Source of the DNA: Fidelibacterota bacterium
GTDB taxonomy: Bacteria > Fidelibacterota > Marinisomatia > Marinisomatales > TCS56
DNA length: 16,553 nt
Reading direction: 5' to 3'
NCBI GenBank assembly: GCA_043822705.1
Contig: JBDRBK010000168.1
Location: forward strand, 1 to 16,553
Position numbers and translations under genes: made by a program
Part shown: positions 1-8,277 of the stretch, in pieces
Layout: every line of letters starts with the position of its first letter
Numbering within the stretch: the stretch's first letter is position 1
The notes under the pieces: generated by a model
What the model saw: the letters and a program-made list of their open reading frames with translations, nothing else
What the model was told of the DNA's origin: nothing
Database searches by the model: none

Positions 1-42
1 GACGGGAGTAAAATTCTGCTCACTACTGTTGTCCTTAATTAA
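1..42 (+). CDS. possible 3' end of a convergent CDS entering from the left edge (DGSKILLTTVVLN*)
   Basis: Frame 1 is open from base 1 to TAA at 40-42, which abuts the stop codon of the minus-strand gene at 43-45. Only 13 codons are visible, so this could be chance. Confidence 0.3.
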   Translation, partial: DGSKILLTTVVLN

Positions 43-960
43 TTATTCAATTTTGCCAAACCGGCGGCGTGCTTCATCGGCCAATGTGACCGGATTATAA
101 TCGAAAAGCTCCTGCAACCGCCGGTGGTCGGCCGGCACGGCTGCCGCCAAATCCTGCGGGAACAGGTTCAGCATTTGCACGCTGCCCGCCAGATACCTCA
201 AGTAGGGCGTAAACGGCCAGGCCAGTACCGAAGCAATCCTGATCGGCAGCTGCGGTATCTTGCGGATAGCTAGTGTTTTCCCGGATATTTCACCAATAAT
301 CTCCGCCGCCTGTGAAAAGGAATAGGCGGCCGGACCGGTCATCCGCAGTCGCATTCCTGCCAGGTCGCTACGCAATACCGATTGCGCCGCGATCTCGCCG
401 ACATCGGCCGTAGCCACCGTCGGCAGGGCCGGCGGGCCACCACCGGGAACCATCATTTTGTCCCCGCGAATAAAGGCAAAAAACATATCCATGGCCGGCG
501 GTGCGCCCAGCACGGTCCAGTTGAATCCGGAGTGCTGTAAATATTCCTCGATCGCTTTCTTGTAGCGCGCTACAGCAGCAAACTGTCGGTTGACACGCGC
601 CAGAATATCTTCCCTGATATCGTAAACCGAAATAAACACCACGCGCTCGATCCCGGCGTCCTGTGCCTCCCGCAGCACCCGCAGGACTGCCTCGTATTCA
701 ATTTCCCGCAGGCGGCGAATCTGGCGCGGATTGAAAGCCGATATCGAAATTATCAGCGCCCGAGCGTCCGTCAGTGCTTTTTGAGTGGCGGCGGGATCGG
801 TGATATCACCGGCTGCCAATTCGACCCGTGCATCTAACAACGCCCGCGCATTTTCAAGATTGCGAGTCAGCACCCGTACGGTTTCGTGACGCGCCCGCAA
901 ACTGTAGACAATATGGCGGCCGTAATGCCCGGTACCGCCCAATACCAGAACTGGTTTCAT
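43..960 (-). CDS. NAD(P)-binding Rossmann-fold protein, atypical SDR / NmrA-like family
   Basis: 305 aa. N-terminal VLVLGGTGHYG (GxxGxxG) motif, GDITD, RVVFIS and YKKAIE..L..SGFNWTVL, all typical of atypical SDR/NmrA-like proteins. GGGGAG RBS 7 nt upstream of the ATG. Confidence 0.85.
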   Translation of the reverse strand: MKPVLVLGGTGHYGRHIVYSLRARHETVRVLTRNLENARALLDARVELAAGDITDPAATQKALTDARALIISISAFNPRQIRRLREIEYEAVLRVLREAQDAGIERVVFISVYDIREDILARVNRQFAAVARYKKAIEEYLQHSGFNWTVLGAPPAMDMFFAFIRGDKMMVPGGGPPALPTVATADVGEIAAQSVLRSDLAGMRLRMTGPAAYSFSQAAEIIGEISGKTLAIRKIPQLPIRIASVLAWPFTPYLRYLAGSVQMLNLFPQDLAAAVPADHRRLQELFDYNPVTLADEARRRFGKIE

Positions 961-1019
961 GGTTTACTCCCCAGTTGATTATAGGTCAAATTACTAAAAA
1001 TAATGGAGAAAATGCCTGC

Positions 1020-1757
1020 TCAATCCAGGCGCAGATGCTTGAATTTTCGAAGCAGCAGAACCAGTACACCGGCGTGCACCAGCACCCCGGCAATAAAATA
1101 GAGGGGCCAATCCGGCTGGTGCAAATACAGCTGCCAGAAAGCTTTGACCGGCCAGTAGGTCGGCATTATTCCCGCCAGTAACTGCCAATTTGAATCGACA
1201 AAAAACACCGCCAGCGGGGCAAAAAAGAAAATACTGAAACCCTTGAAAAGCGCCAATCCGACCACCTTATTGCTGGCGAATACCGCCAGCACCAGGGCGG
1301 CAATCGGTCCCTCCAACCCGGACATTGCTGATAAAAACACCAATGGCAGTAAAGGGAATTCCACCAGCCCCGCCAGCGGGAAGCAGATCGCGGTCAGGAT
1401 AACACTCAACAGCAGCGGCAGGGCGATGCGATAAGCCAGATAATCGGTCAGCCGCAGGGGCGTCACCCGCAGGGCTGCTAAAGTGCGGTCGTCGCGTTCA
1501 TCAATCAAAAGAAAACCGATCACGATTCCCACCAGCATCGGTATGAACAGCAGGAAAAAACTCATCATCAACGGATAGTATTGCGTCAGATCAAAAGCAA
1601 ATTCCAACTGCAGCCAGCGCGTCAGTTCGGGTACGCCCCAGCGAACCACAAGCGCCGGCAGTATCGGGATAACCAGCATCCACTGTAGCAGGGAATCACG
1701 CCAGATGCTGCGAGCGTCCACTGGTCCCAGTGTTTTAAATACTTTAGTTAATTTCAT
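1020..1757 (-). CDS. ABC-2-type exporter permease (fluoroquinolone export permease-like, Rv2686c-type)
   Basis: 245 aa with several hydrophobic segments. Contains GFLLIDERDDRTLAALRVTPL (ABC-2 'ER..GT...L..TP' motif) and ASNKVVGLALFKG. ATGA overlap with the upstream permease. Confidence 0.85.
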   Translation of the reverse strand: MKLTKVFKTLGPVDARSIWRDSLLQWMLVIPILPALVVRWGVPELTRWLQLEFAFDLTQYYPLMMSFFLLFIPMLVGIVIGFLLIDERDDRTLAALRVTPLRLTDYLAYRIALPLLLSVILTAICFPLAGLVEFPLLPLVFLSAMSGLEGPIAALVLAVFASNKVVGLALFKGFSIFFFAPLAVFFVDSNWQLLAGIMPTYWPVKAFWQLYLHQPDWPLYFIAGVLVHAGVLVLLLRKFKHLRLD

Positions 1758-2458
1758 TGCCGACTTCCTTTACGGATAATAAACCGACCGAAAGCTGTTT
1801 GCGCCCAGCGGAACAAGCCGGTAATCCACAAACCAGTAGCAACAGTTGCCAGCAGGCTGGGGCCGGGCGCCTGCGGATCCAGAGCAAACCGCATCAGCTG
1901 CAATGGCAGCTGCACCGGATGCAGGTCGAATATCCAGCTGGTCCACAGTTCAAAATAATCAATGAACGGCAACGACAGCGGCATCATGAAAACAACCCCG
2001 GGAAGGATGAATTCATTGATTGAGTCGTAGCGCGCCACAACAATGAAACCCAGCAAAATCATCAATACCGCCAGTAGTAAAAGCGCGATGGCAAAATATA
2101 AAAAATTGAACTTCAAACCGAAGCTGGCAACAACCAGTAGCAACCCCTCGATAATTCCCAACAATGCCAGCGATATTGTTTTGGATAACAGAAATTCGGC
2201 GCTGCGGACCGGTGTGACGATCATTGCTTCCAGGGTACCTTCACCTTTTTCAAACAGGATCTGCCCCGCCAGAAAGAAATAGGCCGTGATCATCAGATTA
2301 CTGACCATCAAATACGGCAGCACGTAACTTAAACTGACCGAAGGAATCTGGCGCAGAATGGCAATATAGATCGCCGCCACAAACAGGGTGGCAAAATAAA
2401 AGCCGTAACGGGCCTGAAGGACAATATCCTTAATGATGGTGGCCAACAGGCGTTTCAT
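1754..2458 (-). CDS. ABC-2-type exporter permease (fluoroquinolone export permease-like, Rv2687c-type)
   Basis: 234 aa, hydrophobic. Contains LQARYGFY, FEKGEGTLEAMIVTPVRSAEFLLSK and ARYDSINEF. ATGA overlaps on both sides. Confidence 0.85.
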   Translation of the reverse strand: MKRLLATIIKDIVLQARYGFYFATLFVAAIYIAILRQIPSVSLSYVLPYLMVSNLMITAYFFLAGQILFEKGEGTLEAMIVTPVRSAEFLLSKTISLALLGIIEGLLLVVASFGLKFNFLYFAIALLLLAVLMILLGFIVVARYDSINEFILPGVVFMMPLSLPFIDYFELWTSWIFDLHPVQLPLQLMRFALDPQAPGPSLLATVATGLWITGLFRWAQTAFGRFIIRKGSRQ

Positions 2459-3309
2459 TGCAGGTGGTGGCCGGTCACTTCGATAAAGATATTTTCCAGG
2501 GTGGTTTCCTGGGAATGAATGGTCTGAATCGCATTCCGGCGCAGCGTATCCAAAAAACCGGTATTATCAGCCAGTCCATCCAGAGGAAAGTCACGGTTTT
2601 CCAATTGTCCGTCATTCTGGAATTCCACCCGCACCAGGTGCCGGCCATACTGCAGTTTCAGGTTGCGCGGGGAATCAATCAGCTTTAATTCACCATTCAC
2701 GATAAAAGCTACCCGATCGCAGAGCTGGTCAGCCACGGTCATATCATGGGTTGTCAAGAAAATCGTAGCGCCGGCGGCCTTTTTTTGTCGGATTATATCT
2801 TTGACCATCCGGGCATTAACGGGATCCAGTCCGGCCGTTGGTTCATCCAGAAAGACTAATTCCGGTTTCGCCAACAGAGCACGGGCGAATCCCAATCGCA
2901 CCTTCATTCCTTTAGAATATTGAGCTACGGGAACATCGGCATCTTTGGTTAAACCAACCATTCCCAATAGATCGTCGGGCTGTTCCGTGGCACCGGCATA
3001 CAACGACTGAAAATAGCGCAAATTTTCCCGGCCAGTCAGTTTCAGGTAGTGATTAGGCACCTCGAACGCAACGCCCACCCGTTCGTAATAATCGGAATGC
3101 CAATCTTTTAATTCACGCCCCCAGATGGTCGCCTGACCGTGGTAGTTTTCATACAATCCTACCAGGATTTTCTGGGTTGTACTTTTTCCAGCACCACTGG
3201 GTCCCAGAAACCCGAAAATCTCACCTGCTTCAATTTGAAAACCAATCCCTCTGATGGTCGGTTCGGCATTGCCGGGATAAGTAAACCGCAGGTTTTTAAT
3301 AACAATCAT
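2455..3309 (-). CDS. ABC exporter ATP-binding subunit (Rv2688c-like)
   Basis: 284 aa. Walker A GPSGAGKST, signature variant YSKGM, Walker B LVFLDEP, H-loop FLTTHDM, C-terminal TLENIFIEVTG. Confidence 0.93.
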   Translation of the reverse strand: MIVIKNLRFTYPGNAEPTIRGIGFQIEAGEIFGFLGPSGAGKSTTQKILVGLYENYHGQATIWGRELKDWHSDYYERVGVAFEVPNHYLKLTGRENLRYFQSLYAGATEQPDDLLGMVGLTKDADVPVAQYSKGMKVRLGFARALLAKPELVFLDEPTAGLDPVNARMVKDIIRQKKAAGATIFLTTHDMTVADQLCDRVAFIVNGELKLIDSPRNLKLQYGRHLVRVEFQNDGQLENRDFPLDGLADNTGFLDTLRRNAIQTIHSQETTLENIFIEVTGHHLQ

Positions 3310-3917
3310 TCTGTTTCACCTTCTGTTACCAGTCCTTTTGATAGGGCGTCGATCAATAACTCCATTACCTGCGGATAGATTTCCATTCCGACTTCGGCTT
3401 TATGCAGCGTGATCAGGAAGAAGGCCCGGAACAGTCCGGTCATGATCTCCGGCGTCACAGGCCGCAGGTTACCTTGTTGCTGAAAATGCTCAATGAAAGC
3501 GGTAGCAGCCTGCCAGTCATTGGCCTGATGAATAGAAAGCTTCTCAGCTGGTATTTTGCGCAACAGGTGTTCGTAGACACCGGGCTGGTATAGTTTTTCC
3601 ATAATTTTGTTGTCGTCGACAATTTCCAGCGCGCGCGCAAACATCTGCTTCAGAGCGCTGCGGGTATCGTTGGCGGAATTAATCAATTCACTCAACAAAG
3701 AATCGCGGAAATGTTCCTCTTCCTCAACGATTTCGAAAAACAACTCCTCCTTGGATCTGAAAAAATTATAGAAGCTGCCTTTCGAAATACCGACCCGGGT
3801 AGCAATATCTTCTACGCTGGTTTTCTTGAGTCCGTAGATTGCGAACAGCTCCCGGCCTTTTTCCAGCAGATCCTGCCGGATTCTCTCCCGCACTTGCGGT
3901 TCGAATGATTTAACCAT
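3306..3917 (-). CDS. TetR/AcrR family transcriptional regulator
   Basis: 203 aa. N-terminal HTH ELFAIYGLKKTSVEDIATRVGISKGSFYNFFRSKEELF is typical of TetR. First gene of the coupled ABC operon. Confidence 0.93.
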   Translation of the reverse strand: MVKSFEPQVRERIRQDLLEKGRELFAIYGLKKTSVEDIATRVGISKGSFYNFFRSKEELFFEIVEEEEHFRDSLLSELINSANDTRSALKQMFARALEIVDDNKIMEKLYQPGVYEHLLRKIPAEKLSIHQANDWQAATAFIEHFQQQGNLRPVTPEIMTGLFRAFFLITLHKAEVGMEIYPQVMELLIDALSKGLVTEGETE

Positions 3918-3928
3918 CTATGAACCTA

Positions 3929-3951
3929 TGACTGGTTTAGTAAAATAGTCA
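3929..3951. promoter_or_regulatory. candidate TetR operator (imperfect palindrome TGACTggTTTAgTAAAatAGTCA)
   Basis: 9 of 11 positions pair across the dyad. Located 12-34 nt upstream of the tetR start codon and just downstream of a candidate -10 box. Confidence 0.7.
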
Positions 3952-3956
3952 CGGCA

Positions 3957-3986
3957 ATATTATTCCAGCCACGCGACATGCTGCAA
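3957..3986 (-). promoter_or_regulatory. candidate sigma70-type promoter of the tetR-ABC operon (TTGCAG-N18-TAATAT)
   Basis: Minus-strand -35 at 3986-3981 and -10 at 3962-3957. The predicted start would fall inside the operator palindrome. Identified by eye only. Confidence 0.45.
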
Positions 3987-4036
3987 CAATAATATTATAA
4001 GAATCGCTGGTTGGAAACGACCGCAGGGACTGACGT

Positions 4037-4909
4037 TCAAACCTTAGTCTGCCAAGTGATAATATACTCGACCAGTTCCGGCAAATCAATTTCCGGTGGA
4101 CAGGCAATCCACTCTCCGGACAGGCCAGCATCCCTGACGGTTAGTTCAAAATGACACATGGCAATCCCCATGTCCACCCGTTGCAGATCGGCCGCCTTGA
4201 ACATTTCCGAGTAATTGCGGGAGCGTTTCAGGCAAAAATGAAAATTGTCGCCGTCCTTGACCACCCGCCAGGGCTGACGGTTGGAAGCGGAGGGAGCCAG
4301 GCGAACCATTTCCAGCGCTGCGGCATACTCACCGGCCGCAGCTTCCGACAGCGGTTCCGCGAACCGGGCATCGAAAAACAGCCATTCCCACGGTTTGCGG
4401 GTACGGGATTTGGCGCCGCGCCGGATGATCCGGTCACGGATACTGCGCCGGTTTGTACCATAGCCAACCGGCGTTACCGCCGGGATGACTTCATTTTTGC
4501 GGATTTTCAACAGCGTTGCGAATTCACTACGCCGGAAGGTCCCACCCAGCCAGCAGGTACCCAGCCCCAGCTCAGTCATTTTCAGAATGGTTTTTTCCAG
4601 GTTATAGCCGTAGTCTTCCCAGTGGTGTACACCTATTTCTACCGCCCCGGCGATAAAATTACGGGCGTTTTTTATGAATCCGTAGGTACCAAGATTGGTG
4701 TTATCAAATACGGCCGGGTCGTCTTTTTCGATCAGTTGGTAACGAGTGGTATGACCAAACGGACCTGTTGTCAGTCCTTGGAGATAACCCCTAATTCGGT
4801 CCCGCAGTTCCGGCTCCAGTGGCCGTGACCGGTAACTGCGCCACGACGATCTTGATTGAATTATTGTAGTAACCGGGCGTGAAAATTCCGCTTTTTCTCT
4901 TCGTTCCAT
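4037..4909 (-). CDS. nitroreductase-family FMN oxidoreductase (two-domain, TM1586-like)
   Basis: RSSWRSY, LGLGTCWLGG, VRLAPSASNRQPW and DMGIAMCHFEL motifs. Start reassigned from 4945 (overlaps the ZIP gene) to ATG at 4909 (MERREKAEF), giving 290 aa. Confidence 0.88.
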   Translation of the reverse strand: MERREKAEFSRPVTTIIQSRSSWRSYRSRPLEPELRDRIRGYLQGLTTGPFGHTTRYQLIEKDDPAVFDNTNLGTYGFIKNARNFIAGAVEIGVHHWEDYGYNLEKTILKMTELGLGTCWLGGTFRRSEFATLLKIRKNEVIPAVTPVGYGTNRRSIRDRIIRRGAKSRTRKPWEWLFFDARFAEPLSEAAAGEYAAALEMVRLAPSASNRQPWRVVKDGDNFHFCLKRSRNYSEMFKAADLQRVDMGIAMCHFELTVRDAGLSGEWIACPPEIDLPELVEYIITWQTKV

Positions 4910-4928
4910 ACTCTCTGCTCTCTGCTTT

Positions 4929-5741
4929 TTACCCCAGCGCCACATCCAGGCTCATCATGACGGCAAAACCAAACATGGCGCCGATAGTGGCTATATCGGT
5001 GTTTTTCTCCAGTTGCGATTCGGGAATCAATTCCTCCACCACTACGTAAATCATGGCGCCAGCAGCAAAGGCCAGGGCATACGGCAGGATCGGCAGCAGC
5101 AGCAGGACCGCCGCCGCGCCGATCACGCCGGCCACCGGCTCCACTACCCCGGAAAGCTGACCGTACCAGAAGCTTTTCGCCCGCGACAGGCCTTCCCGCC
5201 GCAGCGGTAGTGCTACTGATGTACCTTCCGGAAAATTCTGAATGCCGATGCCAATTGCCAGGGCCAGGGCGCCCCCCAGCGTAGCCGAAGGTAATTCCGC
5301 CGCCACCGCCCCAAAAGCGACGCCAACCGCCAGGCCTTCCGGTATATTATGCAGGGTTATCGCCAGCACCAGCAGCACGCTGCGCTGCCAGCCGGTCTTA
5401 ATCCCTTCCGCCTCCTCCAGGGGGAAACCCAGGTGCAGATGGGGCAGCAGCTTGTCGACACCCCACAGAAAAGCACCACCCAGCAGGAATCCGACGGCCG
5501 CCGGAATCCAGGCTGTTTGACCCAATTCCTCGGCCATCTCGATCGCCGGGGCCAGCAGCGACCAGAAACTGGCGGCGATCATCACGCCGGCAGCGAAACC
5601 GAGCATGCCGTCCAGCAAACGCCGGTTGACGGTACGGACACCAAACACCACCGCGGCCCCTAGGGCCGTCACCAGCCAGGTGAAGATCGTGGCCAGCAGC
5701 GCCTGGTAAATCGGACTTAATCCGGTGAACCATTCCGACAT
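4929..5741 (-). CDS. ZIP family divalent metal transporter (GufA/ZupT-like)
   Basis: 270 aa, highly hydrophobic. Metal-site motifs LHNIPEG and [19 protein letters not shown], loop [28 protein letters not shown] upstream. Confidence 0.93.
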   Translation of the reverse strand: MSEWFTGLSPIYQALLATIFTWLVTALGAAVVFGVRTVNRRLLDGMLGFAAGVMIAASFWSLLAPAIEMAEELGQTAWIPAAVGFLLGGAFLWGVDKLLPHLHLGFPLEEAEGIKTGWQRSVLLVLAITLHNIPEGLAVGVAFGAVAAELPSATLGGALALAIGIGIQNFPEGTSVALPLRREGLSRAKSFWYGQLSGVVEPVAGVIGAAAVLLLLPILPYALAFAAGAMIYVVVEELIPESQLEKNTDIATIGAMFGFAVMMSLDVALG

Positions 5742-5781
5742 CTGTTTTTCTCCGTTTCCTGATTTCTAATGATTGATTGAC

Positions 5782-6222
5782 TCAACCGGGCAGATCAACA
5801 TCCGGTTCATCGCTGACCAGCCGCTTGCTCAACACACAGACCGGGTCTTTCATATAGCCGATCCGCTGGTAAAACTCGATCACAGCCTGATTGGAGTCGC
5901 GCACCATCAAATCGATTTTCGGGCACCCGCGGGATTTCAAAACTGCTTCGGCATATTCCATAATGTCAGCCGCCAGTCCCTGTCTGCGAAAAGTTGGATC
6001 AACCCCCAGATAGTAGATCCAGCCGCGGTGACCATCATAGCCGGCCATGCAGACCGCCACCAACTGCTTGCCGATTTTACCCACAAAAAACAATTCCGGG
6101 CTGTGGGCCAGCTTGCGGTCGATATCGCGCAGGGGATCGTTCCAGGGCACCGTCAGATTACAACGTTGCCAAAGATCGATAACCGCTTGGGTATCCTGAG
6201 ACTCGAACAATCTGATTTTCAT
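5782..6222 (-). CDS. GNAT family acetyltransferase (YpeA-like)
   Basis: PWNDP, GYDGHRGWIYYLGVDP, acetyl-CoA motif RRQGLA, N.AVIEFYQRIGY. Start more likely ATG at 6222 (MKIRLF) than TTG at 6243. Confidence 0.88.
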   Translation of the reverse strand: MKIRLFESQDTQAVIDLWQRCNLTVPWNDPLRDIDRKLAHSPELFFVGKIGKQLVAVCMAGYDGHRGWIYYLGVDPTFRRQGLAADIMEYAEAVLKSRGCPKIDLMVRDSNQAVIEFYQRIGYMKDPVCVLSKRLVSDEPDVDLPG

Positions 6223-6236
6223 TAAGAAATATCCAC

Positions 6237-6264
6237 TTGGCAAATTATTTTATCTCGATATCAT
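6237..6264 (+). promoter_or_regulatory. candidate sigma70-type promoter for the MFS-SDR-VOC cluster (TTGGCA-N16-TATCAT)
   Basis: Near-consensus hexamers in the AT-rich divergent intergenic region, about 45 nt upstream of the MFS ATG. Identified by eye only. Confidence 0.35.
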
Positions 6265-6309
6265 TAACAGGCCTGCTGAAATTTATATTAATAAAAACCT
6301 CAATTCAGA

Positions 6310-7497
6310 ATGAAAACCGAGCACCAACAGTTATATACCCCGACCCTATTCCTGGCCCTCGCATATAATTTTATTGTCGGTCTCATTTTTACCAACAATG
6401 CCATCTACCCCTTGTTTATCGAGCATCAGGGCGGTTCGGCAACCCAGATCGGCCTGTTTATGAGCACCTATGCCATCGCCGCGGTTTTCGGCCGGCCCGC
6501 CGTTGGTTTGCTCATCGACCGCTTCGGCGTACGACCGGTGTTGCTGCTCGGCAGCCTGCTGATGGGCCTGCCGGCCCTGGGCTACCTGACACTATTGCAC
6601 GACGGACTATCACCTCTGGTCTGGCTCCTGCGTGTTCTGCAGGGATTGGGTTTCGGTGCCCATTTTTCGGCTTTCCTGACGCTGGCCGGCCGGATGGCGC
6701 CCAGTGGCCGGCGCAACGAAGCCGTCGCAATGTACGGCATTACCGGACTGGCCGCCAATCTGGTGGGTCCGCTGCTCGGGGAACAAATCGTCCAATTTTG
6801 GGGATTGCCGGTCTTTTTTATTTTCATCGCGATCTGCGGACTGCTGGCGGCTGGTATAGCAACCAGGTTCGGCAGTGACGATGAAACCGCTACCGACAGC
6901 GGCGGATGGCGCTCAGTCTTATTGACGATCCGGGCGCCCGCCCTGCGTTTTCCCCTGATTCTGGCCTTGCTGCTGGCGATTTCGTTCACCACCGCCTCGG
7001 GCTTTCTGGCGCCCCTGGCCAGTCTGCGCAACATCAATGGTTTCGGCCTGTATTTTAGCGGGTACGCCGTGGCCGGGATCATTATCCGATTAACCGGCCG
7101 CCGCTGGGCCGACCGCTTCGGCTGGCGCCGAATCCTGATACCGATGTTCATACTCTACGGTGCCGGACTGCTGACGGTCTACCACAGTTCCGATCTGGGT
7201 GGTCTGATCCTGGCGGGACTGCTGGTCGGCAGCGCCCACGGACTGGCCTTCCCGGCCGTCACCGCCCTGGGCTACAACATGGCGCCGGAAAAAGGCAAAG
7301 GTACGGCCATGGCACTGGTCACCGGAATGATGGATCTGGGTACTTTCGCCGCCGGCATTATCCTCGGGCAGGTTGCCCAGTATTATGGTTTTGCGGCTGT
7401 ATTTCTGGTGGCGACGCTGGCACCGCTGTGCGCCGTTGTGTTGTTGGTGGTCCATGTTATACGACAACCGCAGCACCTGTCCCGGCATATGAATTAG
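6310..7497 (+). CDS. major facilitator superfamily transporter
   Basis: 395 aa with about 12 hydrophobic segments. Motif A-like sequences in both halves (GLLIDRFGVRPVLL; RWADRFGWRRIL) and LRVLQGLGFG. Confidence 0.92.
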   Translation: MKTEHQQLYTPTLFLALAYNFIVGLIFTNNAIYPLFIEHQGGSATQIGLFMSTYAIAAVFGRPAVGLLIDRFGVRPVLLLGSLLMGLPALGYLTLLHDGLSPLVWLLRVLQGLGFGAHFSAFLTLAGRMAPSGRRNEAVAMYGITGLAANLVGPLLGEQIVQFWGLPVFFIFIAICGLLAAGIATRFGSDDETATDSGGWRSVLLTIRAPALRFPLILALLLAISFTTASGFLAPLASLRNINGFGLYFSGYAVAGIIIRLTGRRWADRFGWRRILIPMFILYGAGLLTVYHSSDLGGLILAGLLVGSAHGLAFPAVTALGYNMAPEKGKGTAMALVTGMMDLGTFAAGIILGQVAQYYGFAAVFLVATLAPLCAVVLLVVHVIRQPQHLSRHMN

Positions 7498-7526
7498 TAA
7501 ATTTTCATCACTAAAAGGATGTACTC

Positions 7527-8264
7527 ATGACAGCTAAATGTGTTCTCATCACCGGCGCCTCCCGTGGGATTGGCCGGGCGGCAGCACTCGGATTCGCAGC
7601 GCAGGGTGCCGACATCATTGTTCATTACAATACCAACCGCGAGGCAGCCGATTCCGTGGTGGCGGCCGCCCTGGCCGGAGGGGCGCCGGCCGCCGCTGCA
7701 ATCGCCGCAGACCTGCGCCAAAGCAAGCAGGCCGGTCAATTATTCAAGCAGGCACAGACCCTGGGATTATCCCCGAATATTCTGGTTCACAATGCCGGAA
7801 TATGGTTGCCAACGCCGATCGAGACCTTTGACGAACACCTGCTGCGCGACCAGATTGAATGCAACCTGGTGTCGACCTTCTATCTGGTCCGGGAGTTTAT
7901 CAGGCAGACCGAAACCGGCGTGATCGTGTTGGTATCATCTACCGCCGGCCAGCGCGGCGAGGCGGGCTATTCCGCCTATGCCGCCACCAAGGCCGGGATT
8001 ATCGGAATTACCAAATCACTGGCAGTAGAACTGGCGCCCGCTTTCCGGGTCAACGCCGTGGCGCCGGGCTGGGTGGACACCGACATGGCCCGCGCCAGTA
8101 TCCACGGACCTGACCAGGCCCGGATCATCAACGAAATCCCCCTGAAGCGAGTGGCTACGGCAGCGGATGTGGCCGATGCGATCATCTTTCTGGCCGGTGA
8201 AAAGAGCCGCCACATCACCGGGGAGGTGATCAATATCAACGGCGGCTCAGTCCTGTGCGGATGA
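7527..8264 (+). CDS. classical short-chain dehydrogenase/reductase (FabG-like fold)
   Basis: 245 aa. TGASRGIG, NAG, catalytic S and YAATK, RVNAVAPGWVDTDM, HITGEVININGG. AAGGA RBS upstream. Confidence 0.93.
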   Translation: MTAKCVLITGASRGIGRAAALGFAAQGADIIVHYNTNREAADSVVAAALAGGAPAAAAIAADLRQSKQAGQLFKQAQTLGLSPNILVHNAGIWLPTPIETFDEHLLRDQIECNLVSTFYLVREFIRQTETGVIVLVSSTAGQRGEAGYSAYAATKAGIIGITKSLAVELAPAFRVNAVAPGWVDTDMARASIHGPDQARIINEIPLKRVATAADVADAIIFLAGEKSRHITGEVININGGSVLCG

Positions 8265-8277
8265 GAGGAGAACATCA

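Noticed and set aside
4151..4828. 225-aa plus-strand ORF
   Set aside because: Antisense shadow of the nitroreductase gene with no recognisable domain.
4911..4924. Tandem 7-mer CTCTCTG x2 upstream of the nitroreductase start
   Set aside because: Only two copies; reads as a purine-rich RBS-like region on the minus strand and is too short to suggest phase variation.
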